A stretch of 64,000 nt of DNA from an uncultured Methylomirabilota bacterium (GCA_963705305.1 OY970067.1:2176001-2240000), one strand, 5' to 3'. Shown: positions 35,691 to 46,039, counted from the stretch's first letter. The notes: a model not told the origin generated them from the letters alone. Program-made: numbers and translations.

Positions 35691-36566
35691 TCATAGCACA
35701 TCCAGATGGCGCAAGATAGCCGGAGCGATGTCGGTCAGGTCCCGGATCGTCCCTGCAGCCTGTGCGGCTCCCGCCCCCCATAGGAGGGTGGGGACCGGGT
35801 TCCGGGTGTGGCGGGTGGTGGACAGGTCCTCCAGGTTCCCGTGGTCGCTCGTCAGGACCACCAGGGTGCCGGAGAGATCCGACGCGGAGAGGACGGCATC
35901 CAGGAAGTCCTCCAGATTCTCCAGCACCTCGACCGCGTGAAACATATCCTGGGCGTGGCCGGCGCGATCGGTGAGGAAATGCTCGTACATGGTGAAGGCC
36001 TGGGTGGCCGCCAGCCGCGCCAGCCGCCGCCCCGCCTCCTCCGGGGTAACGGGCGGCAGAACGTAGCCCCGCTCGGGCAGCAGCCGGTTGGTGAAGTCGT
36101 GAAAGACCGCCTCGCCGCGAGCCAGGTCCTCCAGCGTCCTCAGCGGCAGCCCCGCCCGCAGGACGGCGACGGTGCTCACCGAGAGAAACCGGGGCCGTTG
36201 CTCGAAGAAGCGCGGGGTGTAGGCATTGGCGAAGGTCGCCCGGCCCCCGGCGGCGGCGACCCGGCTGAAGAGCGAGCGGCCGTCCAAAAGCTCCGCCAGC
36301 GAGCTGGTGCAGTAGCCGTTGATGTGGCGGCCGACGGCCGCCGGGGCGTTCAGGCCGGCCAGGATCGCCGTCTGCCCGGTGGCGCTCTGGGGAAGCCCGT
36401 CCACACCCAGGCAGGCATCCGTCACCGCCAGGGCCGCCGTCGGGTCGGATACCGGACGGTCGCGGAGGACGCGCAGGCGCCGCAGGCGGGCCCGGGCGAC
36501 GGGATTCGTCGCCGGGTCGTCCTCTCCCAGGCCCAGCCCATCCACGAAGATCAGCAGAGCAGGCAT
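35691..36566 (-). CDS. Alkaline phosphatase/metalloenzyme superfamily protein
   Basis: FVDGLG, PQSATGQT, TDRAGH, TSDHGN, HTRNPVP. Confidence 0.82.
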   Translation of the reverse strand: MPALLIFVDGLGLGEDDPATNPVARARLRRLRVLRDRPVSDPTAALAVTDACLGVDGLPQSATGQTAILAGLNAPAAVGRHINGYCTSSLAELLDGRSLFSRVAAAGGRATFANAYTPRFFEQRPRFLSVSTVAVLRAGLPLRTLEDLARGEAVFHDFTNRLLPERGYVLPPVTPEEAGRRLARLAATQAFTMYEHFLTDRAGHAQDMFHAVEVLENLEDFLDAVLSASDLSGTLVVLTSDHGNLEDLSTTRHTRNPVPTLLWGAGAAQAAGTIRDLTDIAPAILRHLDVL

Positions 36567-36572
36567 GGCCCC

Positions 36573-38588
36573 TCAGGATCCCGCAGCCGTCCGGCGATTC
36601 AGCGGGCCGGGGTCGGCGACCGCTCGGGGGCGGGCGCGGCTCGGCATCTCCCCCGCCCCGAAGAACACCTGCAGGTCGGCGCGCTCCGTCGTCACAGGGC
36701 AGGGGGGGAGGCTCTCCAGAAAGGCCCGACCGTACGAGCGGGAGAGCAGGCGGCCGTCCAGGATGCACAGGGCGCCGCGGTCCTGGGCGCTCCGGATCAA
36801 CCGTCCCAGTCCCTGCCGGAGCGTGATGATGGCGGCCGGCACCTGATACTCCCAGAAGGGGTCGCCGCCGCGCTGACGGATGTGCTCCAGCCGGGCCTCC
36901 AGAATCGGCTCGCCCGGGAAGCCGAAAGGCAGCCTGTGCACGATGAGACAGCTCAGCGCCTCCCCGACCACGTCCACCCCCTGCCAGAAGCTTCGCGTGG
37001 CAAACAGGACGGAGGCCACCTCCCTCCGGAAGCGCTCCAGCAGCTGCGTGCGCGGGGCCTGCCCCTGGACCAGGAGCGGGAACTCCAGGCGGCCTTCCAG
37101 CAGACGGGCGGAGGTCTCCATGGCCTCCGTGCTGGTGAAGAGCACCAGGCCGCGGCCCCGGGTGATCTCCAGGATCTCGCCGATCTCGCCGGCGGCGGCC
37201 GCGACGAAGGCGGGATCCTGCGGATCTGGCAGATGCCTCGCCACGTAGAGGGTGGCCTGGCTGGCATGGTCGAAGGGGGATCCCGCAGAAAACTCCCGTG
37301 CGTCCTGGATGCCCAGCCGCCCACGCAGGAAATCGAAGCGGCCGCCCGCGACGAGGGTAGCGGACGTGAGGACGACCGTATCGGCGGAGTTCAGGATGGT
37401 CCGCCGGAAGTCGTCGGCAACGTCCAGAGGGGAGATCCGGAGGCAGAGACTCCGTCCCCGCCGCTCGATCCAGCGCACCACCGGAGGCCCGCCGTCCCCG
37501 TCCGGCGCCGAAGGCGGCAGGGCCAGGAACTCGCGCAAGGTCGCGGCCTGCTCGCGTGCGCGCCGGGCACAGGCCAGCAGCCCCTCCGGCTTCTCCGTTG
37601 CCGCCTGGATCAGATCGTGGAGGAGATACAGACCGCGAGCCAGGTCGCCTCCGGCGTCCCCGCAGGGTCCCTCCAGATCGCCCGGGCCGAGGCGTCGCGC
37701 TGCCTCGGGAAGCTCCAGCGACCCGAAGAAGCGCGCCGACGATTCGGCCAGCCTCGTCGCGTGCGTGACAATGTCGCGCCCGGCGGCGGAGAGAACGGCC
37801 CCCTCGCGATGGACATCGTGCAGGAGCCGGTCGATGCGGGAATCGCTGATCTCTGTCCCGAAGAAATCCGTCGCCACCTCCTCGAGTAGATGCGCTTCGT
37901 CTAGGATCAGGATCGCACAGGAGGGGATCACCTGGAAGAGACTGGTGTCCCGCAGGACGGCATCGGCGAGGAAGAGGTGGTGGTTGACGATGACGAGATC
38001 GGCGGCGGCGGCCTCCTGGCGCATGCGGGTGAGAAAGCAGGTCTCGTAGTCCTCGCAGGAGGTGCCCTGGCAGGTCTCGGACCAGGCCGCGATACCATCC
38101 CAGAGGGGGTCGTTCTCCGAGAGGAAATCCAGTTCGGCCCGATCCCCGCGCGGCGAGGTGGCCGACCAGCGCTGAATGTTCTGCAGGGTCTGCCGGTCCC
38201 GGCGGGTGGGGGCCTCCGCCAGGCGGCGACGCAGGCTCCGGCGGCAGAGGTAGTTGCCGCGTCCCTTCATGAGACTGACCTCGAACGCGTCAGGAAGGAT
38301 CGAGGTCAGCAGCGGGATATCCTTGAAAAACAGCTGCTCCTGGAGGGGCTTGGTGCCGGTGGCGACCACTGTTTTCCGCCCGGACAAGAGGGCGGGGACC
38401 AGGTAGGCGAGGGTCTTTCCGGTCCCCGTGCCCGCCTCGGCCAGGAGTGTGCCTCCGGCGGTGATGGCCTGATCCACGGCCCGCGCCATCTGAAGCTGGG
38501 ACGGCCGGTATTCGAGCTCGGGAAGCCGCGCCGCCAGCCGGCCCTTGGGTCCGAAGATGTCCGAGAGATCCGTTTTGGGCTGCGTCAT
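36573..38588 (-). CDS. DinG/YoaA family Fe-S helicase
   Basis: YRPSQ, EAGTGTGKT, KGRGNYLC, ILDEAH, TSATL, FWQGVDV, QGLGRLIR. Confidence 0.92.
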   Translation of the reverse strand: MTQPKTDLSDIFGPKGRLAARLPELEYRPSQLQMARAVDQAITAGGTLLAEAGTGTGKTLAYLVPALLSGRKTVVATGTKPLQEQLFFKDIPLLTSILPDAFEVSLMKGRGNYLCRRSLRRRLAEAPTRRDRQTLQNIQRWSATSPRGDRAELDFLSENDPLWDGIAAWSETCQGTSCEDYETCFLTRMRQEAAAADLVIVNHHLFLADAVLRDTSLFQVIPSCAILILDEAHLLEEVATDFFGTEISDSRIDRLLHDVHREGAVLSAAGRDIVTHATRLAESSARFFGSLELPEAARRLGPGDLEGPCGDAGGDLARGLYLLHDLIQAATEKPEGLLACARRAREQAATLREFLALPPSAPDGDGGPPVVRWIERRGRSLCLRISPLDVADDFRRTILNSADTVVLTSATLVAGGRFDFLRGRLGIQDAREFSAGSPFDHASQATLYVARHLPDPQDPAFVAAAAGEIGEILEITRGRGLVLFTSTEAMETSARLLEGRLEFPLLVQGQAPRTQLLERFRREVASVLFATRSFWQGVDVVGEALSCLIVHRLPFGFPGEPILEARLEHIRQRGGDPFWEYQVPAAIITLRQGLGRLIRSAQDRGALCILDGRLLSRSYGRAFLESLPPCPVTTERADLQVFFGAGEMPSRARPRAVADPGPLNRRTAAGS

Positions 38589-38644
38589 TCGTGTCAGGGT
38601 TGCCCGGCTGCGTCGGCCACCGTCATGCCCCCCGTCGCCATTAG

Positions 38645-38897
38645 CAGGACACTGAATTACACGTTTTCGCCCAGGCTGCTCAAAAAGGCCCAGATGTCCC
38701 TCGACTTCGCTCGGGACCGTGAGCCCGCCGAACGGCAAGGCGCCGTCACCCATCCCTCGGGATGGGTACCCGCCGCGGGGCACCCACCGGAGGTGGGTCG
38801 GAGGCGTACTTAACCGGTACGCCGCAGCGCCGCGCGAGCGCGGGGGGTACCCGACCAAAGGACGGGTCTCCGCAGATGGGTCTTTTTCAGCAGCATG
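38645..38897 (-). mobile_element. MITE-like repeat family A, copy 2 (with nested insert)
   Basis: Reverse complement starts CATGCTGCTGAAAAAGACCCATCTGC and shares CGTAC..GTACGCCT, GCCTTGC and TTTTTGAGCAGCCTG; flanks are TTAG/TTAC. Confidence 0.8.
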
Positions 38898-39692
38898 TTA
38901 CCGCCCCTGCGCCTTGGCCTCGTCCCAGAGGGCGTCCATCTCCCGGAGCGTCGTCTGGTTGAGCGAGGTCCCGCGGCGCGCGAGCTCCTCCTCGATGTAC
39001 TGGAAGCGGGCGATGAAGCGGGCGATCGTCTTTCGGAGCGCCTCTTCGGGGTTGACCGCGATGAAGCGGCCGAGGTTGACCAGGCTGAAGAGGAGGTCGC
39101 CCAGCTCGGCCTCCATCCGTTCGGGCTGCCGCTCGCCGATGGCCGCCTTGAGCTCGCCGTATTCCTCCTCGACCTTTCGGAGGACCGGCTCGACCTCCGC
39201 CCAGTCGAAGCCGGCGCGGGAGGCCTTCTCCTGCAGGCGGTGCGCCTGGAGCAGCGCCGGGAGATCCCGCGGAACGCCGTCCAGCAGGGAGGCGCGCCCC
39301 CGGGTGTGCTGCCGCTCGGTCTTCTTGATCTGCTCCCAGTTGAACAGGACCTCTTGGGCCGTGTCGGCCTGCACGTCGCCAAACACGTGCGGGTGGCGTC
39401 GGATCAGCTTCTCGGCAATTGCCCTGAGAACATCCGCGATGCCGAAGAGTCCGGCCTCTTCGGCCATCTCTGCGTGGAAGACGACCTGCAGCAGGACGTC
39501 CCCCAGCTCTTCGCAGAGCTTGCCGGCATCCCCCTCGTCGATCGCCTCCAGGACCTCATACGTCTCCTCGACGAAGTAGGGCTTGATGCTCTCGTGGGTC
39601 TGCTGCCGGTCCCAGGGGCACCCGTTCTCGCCCCGCAGCCGGGCCATGATTCTGACCAGTTCCTCGAACAGCGGGCCGGCGGATTCAGCCAC
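38898..39692 (-). CDS. mazG: Nucleoside triphosphate pyrophosphohydrolase MazG
   Basis: GCPWDRQQT, EETYE, EELGDVL, RRHPHVF, GFDW, ELGDLLF. Confidence 0.95.
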   Translation of the reverse strand: MAESAGPLFEELVRIMARLRGENGCPWDRQQTHESIKPYFVEETYEVLEAIDEGDAGKLCEELGDVLLQVVFHAEMAEEAGLFGIADVLRAIAEKLIRRHPHVFGDVQADTAQEVLFNWEQIKKTERQHTRGRASLLDGVPRDLPALLQAHRLQEKASRAGFDWAEVEPVLRKVEEEYGELKAAIGERQPERMEAELGDLLFSLVNLGRFIAVNPEEALRKTIARFIARFQYIEEELARRGTSLNQTTLREMDALWDEAKAQGR

Positions 39693-39884
39693 GGTCAGGG
39701 TCCTCCCAGGTATGTGCCGGTACGCGGGGTCGTGAGCCCGGCGGAAAGACAGGGGCGGCCGATCGGCCGCCTCGGCAGATCCGGTTCGTACCATACGAGG
39801 AAAGCACCGAACCGGCAAGGAGAAATGTCGCCGAGGGGGGGAGGCGGCGGGGCGCCTGCGAAGGCGACTCGGGCCGAGCCACGG

Positions 39885-41330
39885 CTAAAACTGATGGCCG
39901 AGCTGCAGATAGAACAGGCTGGATTCTTTGCTGAATCCGTAGTCAAAGCTGATGATCGTAGCGAGGTTCCAGATCAGTCGCAGGCCGATGCCGGCGGAAG
40001 CCTTCCAGTCGTTTGCGCTGAATTCGGCGATCCGGTCAAACACCCGGCCGGCGTCCACGAAGGGCACCAGCATGAACTGCAGGTTCTGCCGCAACGCGGC
40101 GACCTCGAAGGCGGTCCAGCGGAGCTCGAGGCTCCCGTGCATCTCCACGTTCCCCACGAACCGATTGTCGTAGTAGCCGCGGAGGGTGCTCCAGCCTCCC
40201 AGCCCCTCCTTGGCCTCGTCCCCCGGGACGGCCAGGCTGGAAAGCGCATAGAACGGCGCGTCCCCGAAATGGGCCGAATAAACCACGTTGGCGGCCAGGA
40301 CCAGCCGCGTCACCTTCGGGATGAGGGGATGGTAGCCCTGCAGGCCCACCGTGAGGTGACCGAAGTAGGAGTTCCCCCCCACCCATGGCGAGGTCCCTTC
40401 CAGGAGGGCCTGGCCCACGATGCCGGAGGTCGGGTTGGGCTCGTAGTCGCGGGAGTCATAGGTGAGGCCAACGCGGGCGAAGTTGAGCCATCCCCCGTCG
40501 AAGCCCCGAATGGATCCGTTCCGGTAGTCCTGGTAGAGCAGCGTCTCCTGATTCACCGCCCCGTTCACTATTGAGCCGGTGTAATCCCGGACATCCACGT
40601 GGGAGACCTGGAAGCCGATCAGCGGACGCAGGAGGCCTCCCCACAGGCTGCGCTCCAGGTTGAAGACGAGCAGGGGCTGGCGCCGGTCATACGAGTTGTA
40701 GCGGGCCCAGGTCTCGCCATTGCGGACTTCGTTGAGGGCGTCAAAGTAGCTGCTCGTGCGCTGGTAGGTCACCCCGGGTGTTCCCGGAAAGCTGAGCTGC
40801 CCGAGCGTCTTCTCGCCCACCCCGAAGTAGTCCGCATACTTGTCCTCGTAGAAGGCTGCGTGGGCTCGGATGCGCCAGGGGGAGCCGGCGATGTAGGGCT
40901 GATCGTACTCGAGAATGTACTCCTGATAGCCCTCGGTGCTGGCATCGGCGGTCAGGTTGATCATTCTTTCATACGGGGCATAATAGAAGAGGGGGTTGTC
41001 CTTGGAGCCGTTGTCGTACCACTGGATGCTGGCCCCCAGGGACACCCCGGTCTCCGGATCGCTGGCAATCACCGGAATGCCCGTGAAGTAGCTCCCCTCC
41101 TGTTTTTTTTCCAGGATGAACGCGGGGATGGGATGCAGGTTGCTCACGAGATCCGGCGGCGGCGGAATCGAAGGGGCTTCGGTGTCCGCCGGCATGGCCG
41201 GACCCGGCCGCAGCAGAAAGGACAGGCAGGCGCCCAGAAAAAGCAGCAGCGCGAGGCTGGAATAGGCAGGGGCGAGAGGACCCTTGCTGGATGACGAGAC
41301 GCGGTTCCTGTTTGGCATCGATAGTGGCAC
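39885..41330 (-). CDS. Omp85/BamA-TamA family beta-barrel without evident POTRA domains
   Basis: Hydrophobic signal region, YDSRD, GLGGWSTLRGY..RFVG, FVDAGRV, GIGLRL, C-terminal Phe; start uncertain. Confidence 0.8.
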   Translation of the reverse strand: MPLSMPNRNRVSSSSKGPLAPAYSSLALLLFLGACLSFLLRPGPAMPADTEAPSIPPPPDLVSNLHPIPAFILEKKQEGSYFTGIPVIASDPETGVSLGASIQWYDNGSKDNPLFYYAPYERMINLTADASTEGYQEYILEYDQPYIAGSPWRIRAHAAFYEDKYADYFGVGEKTLGQLSFPGTPGVTYQRTSSYFDALNEVRNGETWARYNSYDRRQPLLVFNLERSLWGGLLRPLIGFQVSHVDVRDYTGSIVNGAVNQETLLYQDYRNGSIRGFDGGWLNFARVGLTYDSRDYEPNPTSGIVGQALLEGTSPWVGGNSYFGHLTVGLQGYHPLIPKVTRLVLAANVVYSAHFGDAPFYALSSLAVPGDEAKEGLGGWSTLRGYYDNRFVGNVEMHGSLELRWTAFEVAALRQNLQFMLVPFVDAGRVFDRIAEFSANDWKASAGIGLRLIWNLATIISFDYGFSKESSLFYLQLGHQF

Positions 41331-41604
41331 GCGGGTCGCCGAATCTCGCTAACCGGATAGACGGCGGGGTCGGCAAGAGGGGGCCGACTGCTCGGACCCC
41401 TGCAACCTCTCCGCACGACAGTCGCGTACGATGACGCGGCGAGCGCCGGACTGTCAAGGCAAAACCTCCCGAGTTCCGTCCGCCGGACATGCAGGGAAGC
41501 ATGCCGGCCCCTTCCCTGGGCCGGCGCCCGCGAGGCCACCGGCCCTTAGCGGCGTCGGATTGGCCCTTGCCACCGAGAGAACGGTCTGGTATAGATTCCC
41601 AGCG

Positions 41605-42321
41605 ATGAGACGAGTCGAATCGGCAGCCCTCGCCGCCCTGGCCGGAGGCGTGCTCCTCCTGTCGGTGGCCGTCTGTGCGCAATCGGCCGTCTACGTCTAC
41701 GTGGACGGACAGGGCACGGCCCACTTCACCGATGCGCCCACCAAGCCCTACTTTCAGCGGCTGCCGGCCTTCGGCCTGCCGCCGGGAGTCGACCTCGTCC
41801 ACGGGCAGTATGCGGACCTCATCAACGCCATCGCGGGGGAGTACGCCGTGGATCCGGCGCTGGTGAGGGCCATCATCAAGGCCGAGTCCAACTTCAACCA
41901 GAGCGCAGTCTCCCGCAAGGGGGCCCAGGGGCTGATGCAGCTCATGCCGGGCACGGCGGATCGGTACGCCGTGGGCGACGCCTTCGATCCGGGCGCCAAC
42001 ATTCGCGGAGGTGTCCAGCATCTGCGGGCGTTGCAGGATCAGTTTCCCGGCCAGCTCCGCCTGGTACTAGCGGCCTACAACGCGGGCGAGAGCGCCGTTC
42101 TGCGGTACAACGGGGTTCCGCCGTATGCCGAGACGCGGCAGTACGTCGCCCGCGTCCTGCGCTACTACGGACGCTCCGGCTCTGCCCCCCGCGATCCCGC
42201 CGCACCGGCCTCGGGACGTCGCGGCAAGGACGGCCCGGCACGGCGCATCGCCTCCACCCCGGGCGTCTACCGGCAGACAACCGCCGAGGGAACCCTCCTC
42301 TACACCAACGTTCCCCGCTAG
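41605..42321 (+). CDS. Lytic transglycosylase (SLT domain) with DUF4124-like segments
   Basis: IKAESNF, SRKGAQGLMQLMP, LAAYNAG, ETRQYV; YVDGQGTAHFTDAP at the N-terminus. Confidence 0.9.
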   Translation: MRRVESAALAALAGGVLLLSVAVCAQSAVYVYVDGQGTAHFTDAPTKPYFQRLPAFGLPPGVDLVHGQYADLINAIAGEYAVDPALVRAIIKAESNFNQSAVSRKGAQGLMQLMPGTADRYAVGDAFDPGANIRGGVQHLRALQDQFPGQLRLVLAAYNAGESAVLRYNGVPPYAETRQYVARVLRYYGRSGSAPRDPAAPASGRRGKDGPARRIASTPGVYRQTTAEGTLLYTNVPR

Positions 42322-42385
42322 CCCTCTGCACCCCGCCGCATCGTCTCCGAACGACCTCCGCCGCCGCGAGCCGCCGGCCTTTCCC

Positions 42386-42414
42386 TTGACAGGCCTTACC
42401 CCCCGGACTAGACT
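42386..42414 (+). promoter_or_regulatory. Sigma70-type promoter for the glyA operon
   Basis: TTGACA-N17-TAGACT. Confidence 0.7.
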
Positions 42415-42424
42415 CGGCCATTAA

Positions 42425-42619
42425 CAGGCTGCTGAAAAAGGCCCATCTGCGGAGACCCGTCCTCCGGACGGGTACCCCGCGCGCTCCCGCGACGCTGCGA
42501 CGTACCCGTAAGTACGCCTCGCGCCTGCACCCATCCTCACGGATGGGTACCCGGCGCGCCGCCTTGCATGTGGACTTTTTTGAGCAGCCTGGGGGAAAGC
42601 GGGCTTCTCAGCACTGGTG
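42425..42619 (+). mobile_element. MITE-like repeat family A, copy 3
   Basis: CAGGCTGCTGAAAAAGGCCCATCTGC...TTCTCAGCACTGGTG, flanked by TTAA at 42421-42424 and 42620-42623. Confidence 0.82.
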
Positions 42620-42673
42620 TTAAGCGGCCCGAGAGGGTGATCCACATGTTTTCACCTCGCGGAGGGTGCAGCC

Positions 42674-43924
42674 GTGAAGCGATTGATTGACGCGGATCCG
42701 GAGGTCGCGCGGATCATCCGCCTGGAGACGGAACGGCAGGCCTCCAAGCTGGAGCTCATCGCCTCGGAGAATTTCGTGAGCGAGGCGGTCATGGAGGCCA
42801 TGGGATCCCCCCTGACCAACAAGTATGCGGAGGGGTATCCGGGAAAGCGCTACTATGGCGGTTGCGAGTTCGTGGATATGGCCGAGAACCTCGCCATCGA
42901 GCGAGCCAAGCAGCTGTTCGGGGCCGAGCATGTCAACGTCCAGCCCCATTCCGGGGCGCAGGCCAACATGGCGGCGTACTTCGCCGTGCTGAACCACGGC
43001 GATACGATCCTGGGCCTTAATCTGGCCCATGGGGGCCACCTCACGCACGGCAGCCCGGTCAACTTCTCCGGCCGCTTCTTTAAGGTCATCCCCTACGGGG
43101 TGGATCAGACCACCGAGCAGATCGACATGGCCGAGGTTCGCCGGCTGGCCAAGGAGCACCGCCCCAAGATGATCGTGACGGGGGGCAGTGCCTACCCCCG
43201 CACGCTCCACTTCGACCAGTTCAAGGAGATCGCCGACGAGGTGGGCGCCTATCTCATGGCGGACATCGCGCACCCCGCTGGGATCATCGCGGTCGGGCTG
43301 CATCCCTCCCCCATCCCGTACTGTGACCTGGTCACGACCACCACCCACAAGACGCTCCGGGGGCCGCGCGGCGGGATGATCATGTGCCCGGCGCGGCATG
43401 CGGCGGCGGTGAACAAGACCATATTTCCAGGGATGCAGGGGGGCCCCCTGATGCACGTCATTGCGGCCAAGGCGGTGGCCTTCCAGGAGGCCCTGACTCC
43501 CGAATTCCGGGTTTACCAGCAGCAGATCGTTGCCAACGCCAAGGCCTTGGCAGAAGGGCTCATCGCGCAGGGCTTTCGGGTGGTGTCGGGCGGGACCGAT
43601 ACCCACCTCATGCTGGTGGACCTCGCACCGAAGGGGTTGACGGGCAAGGTGGCCGAAGCGGCTCTGGACAAGGCCGGACTCACGGTGAACAAGAATGCCA
43701 TCCCCTTCGACAGCAAGCCCCCCACGGTGACCTCGGGCATCCGGCTGGGGACGCCGGCGCTGACCACGCGAGGGATGCGCGAGGTAGAGATGCAGCGGGT
43801 CGCCTCCCTCATCGCCGAGGTGCTGGCGGACGTCGAGGATGCCGATCGGCAGGCCCGGATCCTGGGGAAGGTCCGCGAGCTGTGCGCCGCTTTCCCCTTG
43901 TACCGGGAGCGGCTGTCTCCCTGA
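42674..43924 (+). CDS. glyA: Serine hydroxymethyltransferase
   Basis: [43 protein letters not shown]. Confidence 0.97.
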   Translation: MKRLIDADPEVARIIRLETERQASKLELIASENFVSEAVMEAMGSPLTNKYAEGYPGKRYYGGCEFVDMAENLAIERAKQLFGAEHVNVQPHSGAQANMAAYFAVLNHGDTILGLNLAHGGHLTHGSPVNFSGRFFKVIPYGVDQTTEQIDMAEVRRLAKEHRPKMIVTGGSAYPRTLHFDQFKEIADEVGAYLMADIAHPAGIIAVGLHPSPIPYCDLVTTTTHKTLRGPRGGMIMCPARHAAAVNKTIFPGMQGGPLMHVIAAKAVAFQEALTPEFRVYQQQIVANAKALAEGLIAQGFRVVSGGTDTHLMLVDLAPKGLTGKVAEAALDKAGLTVNKNAIPFDSKPPTVTSGIRLGTPALTTRGMREVEMQRVASLIAEVLADVEDADRQARILGKVRELCAAFPLYRERLSP

Positions 43925-43948
43925 GCCCCGACGCAGTGGAGCGACCCC

Positions 43949-44422
43949 GTGCGCTGTCCGTATTGCGGCCAAACGTCGGAAAAGGTGGTGGACTCCCGGG
44001 AAGGGAAGGACGGGGAAGTTATCCGCCGCCGCCGAGAGTGCCTGGAGTGTCATCGGCGCTTCACCACGTACGAGCGGATCGAAGAGATCCAGTTCATGGT
44101 GGTGAAGAAGGACGGACGGCGAGAGCCCTTCGACCGGCACAAGCTATTGAACGGCCTGCTGAAGGCCACCCAGAAGCGGCCGGTGAGCGTCGCCCAGTTG
44201 GAGGCCATCGCCGCCGACGTCGAGAGCCGCTTGTCCGAGAAGCCGGATCGGGAGATCTCTTCCGCGGAAATGGGGGAGATCATCATGCAGCGCCTGCACG
44301 ATCTGGACGAGGTGGCCTATGTCCGCTTCGCCTCGGTCTACCGCCAGTTCAAGGATGTCCATCAGTTTGTCGAAGAGGTCAAAGGTCTCCTCGGCTCGGG
44401 CAAGCGTAACAACAAGGACTAG
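43949..44422 (+). CDS. nrdR: Transcriptional repressor NrdR
   Basis: CPYC..VVDSR..RRRREC..RFTTYE, ATP cone, [11 protein letters not shown]. Confidence 0.96.
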   Translation: MRCPYCGQTSEKVVDSREGKDGEVIRRRRECLECHRRFTTYERIEEIQFMVVKKDGRREPFDRHKLLNGLLKATQKRPVSVAQLEAIAADVESRLSEKPDREISSAEMGEIIMQRLHDLDEVAYVRFASVYRQFKDVHQFVEEVKGLLGSGKRNNKD

Positions 44423-44525
44423 AGGCGGCCGGGCGGCGGCCAGGGCCCTGCGACCGCTCTCTCCTCAGGCGCCGCCCCGCAGGGGTGCGGATGCCGGGCC
44501 GAGGGGCCGGCGTGCGCTCTATCCC

Positions 44526-45164
44526 ATGCTGGTGGATCTGGCGGGGCGCCTGTGCCTGGTGGTGGGCGGGGGGGCGGTCGCCGAGCGCAAGGTGACCGGA
44601 CTGCTGGAAAGCGGGGCGACGGTGAAAGTGGTGAGCCCCGCCGTGACCGCACGTCTCTCGGCCCTGGCGTCCGCGGGGCGCATCCGTCTGTCCTGCCGTC
44701 CCGTGCAGGCGCGGGATGTCTCGGGGCTCTTCCTGATCCTGGTTGCCACCAACGATCCGCAGGTCAACCGGCGTGTAGCCGCTCTGGCCCGGCAGGCGGG
44801 TCTCCTGGTGAATGTGGCCGACGATCCGGCGGGCTGCAGTTTCCTGGTGCCGGCGGTAGTCCGGCGCGGGGAGCTAACCATCGCCGTCTCCACGGGCGGC
44901 GGCAGTCCGGCTCTGGCCAGGAAGCTGCGGCAGCGGCTGGAAGAGACCGTCGGGCCCGAATACGAGGCCGTCCTGAAGGCGCTACGCGGCCTGCGCCGGC
45001 GGGCCCGGGTTGAGATTCCGGATCCGGCCGCCCGGCAGGCCTTGTACCGCCGGGCCGTCGATTCGGATTTGTTCGAGCTCGCCGCCCGGAAAGATGCGGC
45101 GGGTATGGCGGCGCGAGTTGCCGAACTGCTTCGGGCGGCCCTGCCGGTGGGGGCCGGGCGCTGA
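44526..45164 (+). CDS. sirC: Precorrin-2 dehydrogenase/sirohydrochlorin ferrochelatase (SirC/Met8-like)
   Basis: YPMLVDL..LVVGGGAVAERK, VNVADDP, AVSTGGGSPALA; start uncertain. Confidence 0.85.
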   Translation: MLVDLAGRLCLVVGGGAVAERKVTGLLESGATVKVVSPAVTARLSALASAGRIRLSCRPVQARDVSGLFLILVATNDPQVNRRVAALARQAGLLVNVADDPAGCSFLVPAVVRRGELTIAVSTGGGSPALARKLRQRLEETVGPEYEAVLKALRGLRRRARVEIPDPAARQALYRRAVDSDLFELAARKDAAGMAARVAELLRAALPVGAGR

Positions 45165-45177
45165 CCCGACGGGGCCA

Positions 45178-45999
45178 ATGGTCATGACGCTTCATTTCGT
45201 CCTGTTGTGCCTGGCCGTTCTTTTATACGCCGTCGGGACGCTCCATTATTTGCTGCATGTCGTGGCCAAGCGGGCGATCCTGGGCGTGGTGGCGACCGCG
45301 GCCACCCTGGCGGGGCTCGGGTTCCACACGCTCTCCCTTGCGGTTCGCCTCTACAGCCTCGGCCGGCCGCCCCTGGGGAGTCCCTCCGACAGCCTGTCCT
45401 TTTTCGCCTGGGCCGTCGCCCTCATCTACCTGATCGTCGAATTCCGCTACCACGACCGGATCATGGGCGCCTTCGCCCTGCCGATCGTGCTCCTGGCCGG
45501 CTCGGCGGCTGCGGCCCTGCCCGAGCGCCTGGCGGGCCTGGGGCCGAAGGTACAGGGGCTGGGGCTGTGGGTGCACGTGGCTTTGGCCGTCTTCGGAAAC
45601 GCCGCCTTTGCCCTGACCGCCTGCGCCGGCCTCATGTACCTCATCCAGGAGCGCCAACTGAAGTCCCGGCACCCCGGGGGGATGCACTTCCGGTTGCCTC
45701 CTTTGGAGGTGCTGGACGACGTCGGCGTCAAATCCATCCTGTTCGGGTTCCCCCTTCTGACCTTGGGCCTCATCACCGGATCGATCTGGGCGGAGCACGT
45801 CCGGGGGTCTCTCTTCAGCTGGCGACCGCGCGAGGTCCTGTCGGTGGTGAGCTGGCTGATCTACGCAGGCCTGCTGTATGCCCGGGTCTCCGCCGGGTGG
45901 CGCGGCCGCAAGGCGGCCGTCCTCGCCATCCTGGGATTCTGCCTGGTGCTTTCCGCGTTTCTCGGGGTCAAGATCTGGAAGGGCGGTCCCGGCATGTAG
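45178..45999 (+). CDS. ccsA: Cytochrome c assembly protein CcsA/HemX family
   Basis: LWVHV, MYLIQERQLK, GLITGSIWA, WRPRE, GWRGRK; polytopic. Confidence 0.85.
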   Translation: MVMTLHFVLLCLAVLLYAVGTLHYLLHVVAKRAILGVVATAATLAGLGFHTLSLAVRLYSLGRPPLGSPSDSLSFFAWAVALIYLIVEFRYHDRIMGAFALPIVLLAGSAAAALPERLAGLGPKVQGLGLWVHVALAVFGNAAFALTACAGLMYLIQERQLKSRHPGGMHFRLPPLEVLDDVGVKSILFGFPLLTLGLITGSIWAEHVRGSLFSWRPREVLSVVSWLIYAGLLYARVSAGWRGRKAAVLAILGFCLVLSAFLGVKIWKGGPGM

Positions 46000-46039
46000 A
46001 GAGGGCCGGCGGCGGCGAGCCGCCGCCGCGGGAAGGCAC

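Noticed and set aside
41325..41340. Sigma54-like TGGCAC-N5-TCGC
   Set aside because: Imperfect -12, far from slt, and slt has a nearer sigma70-like candidate.
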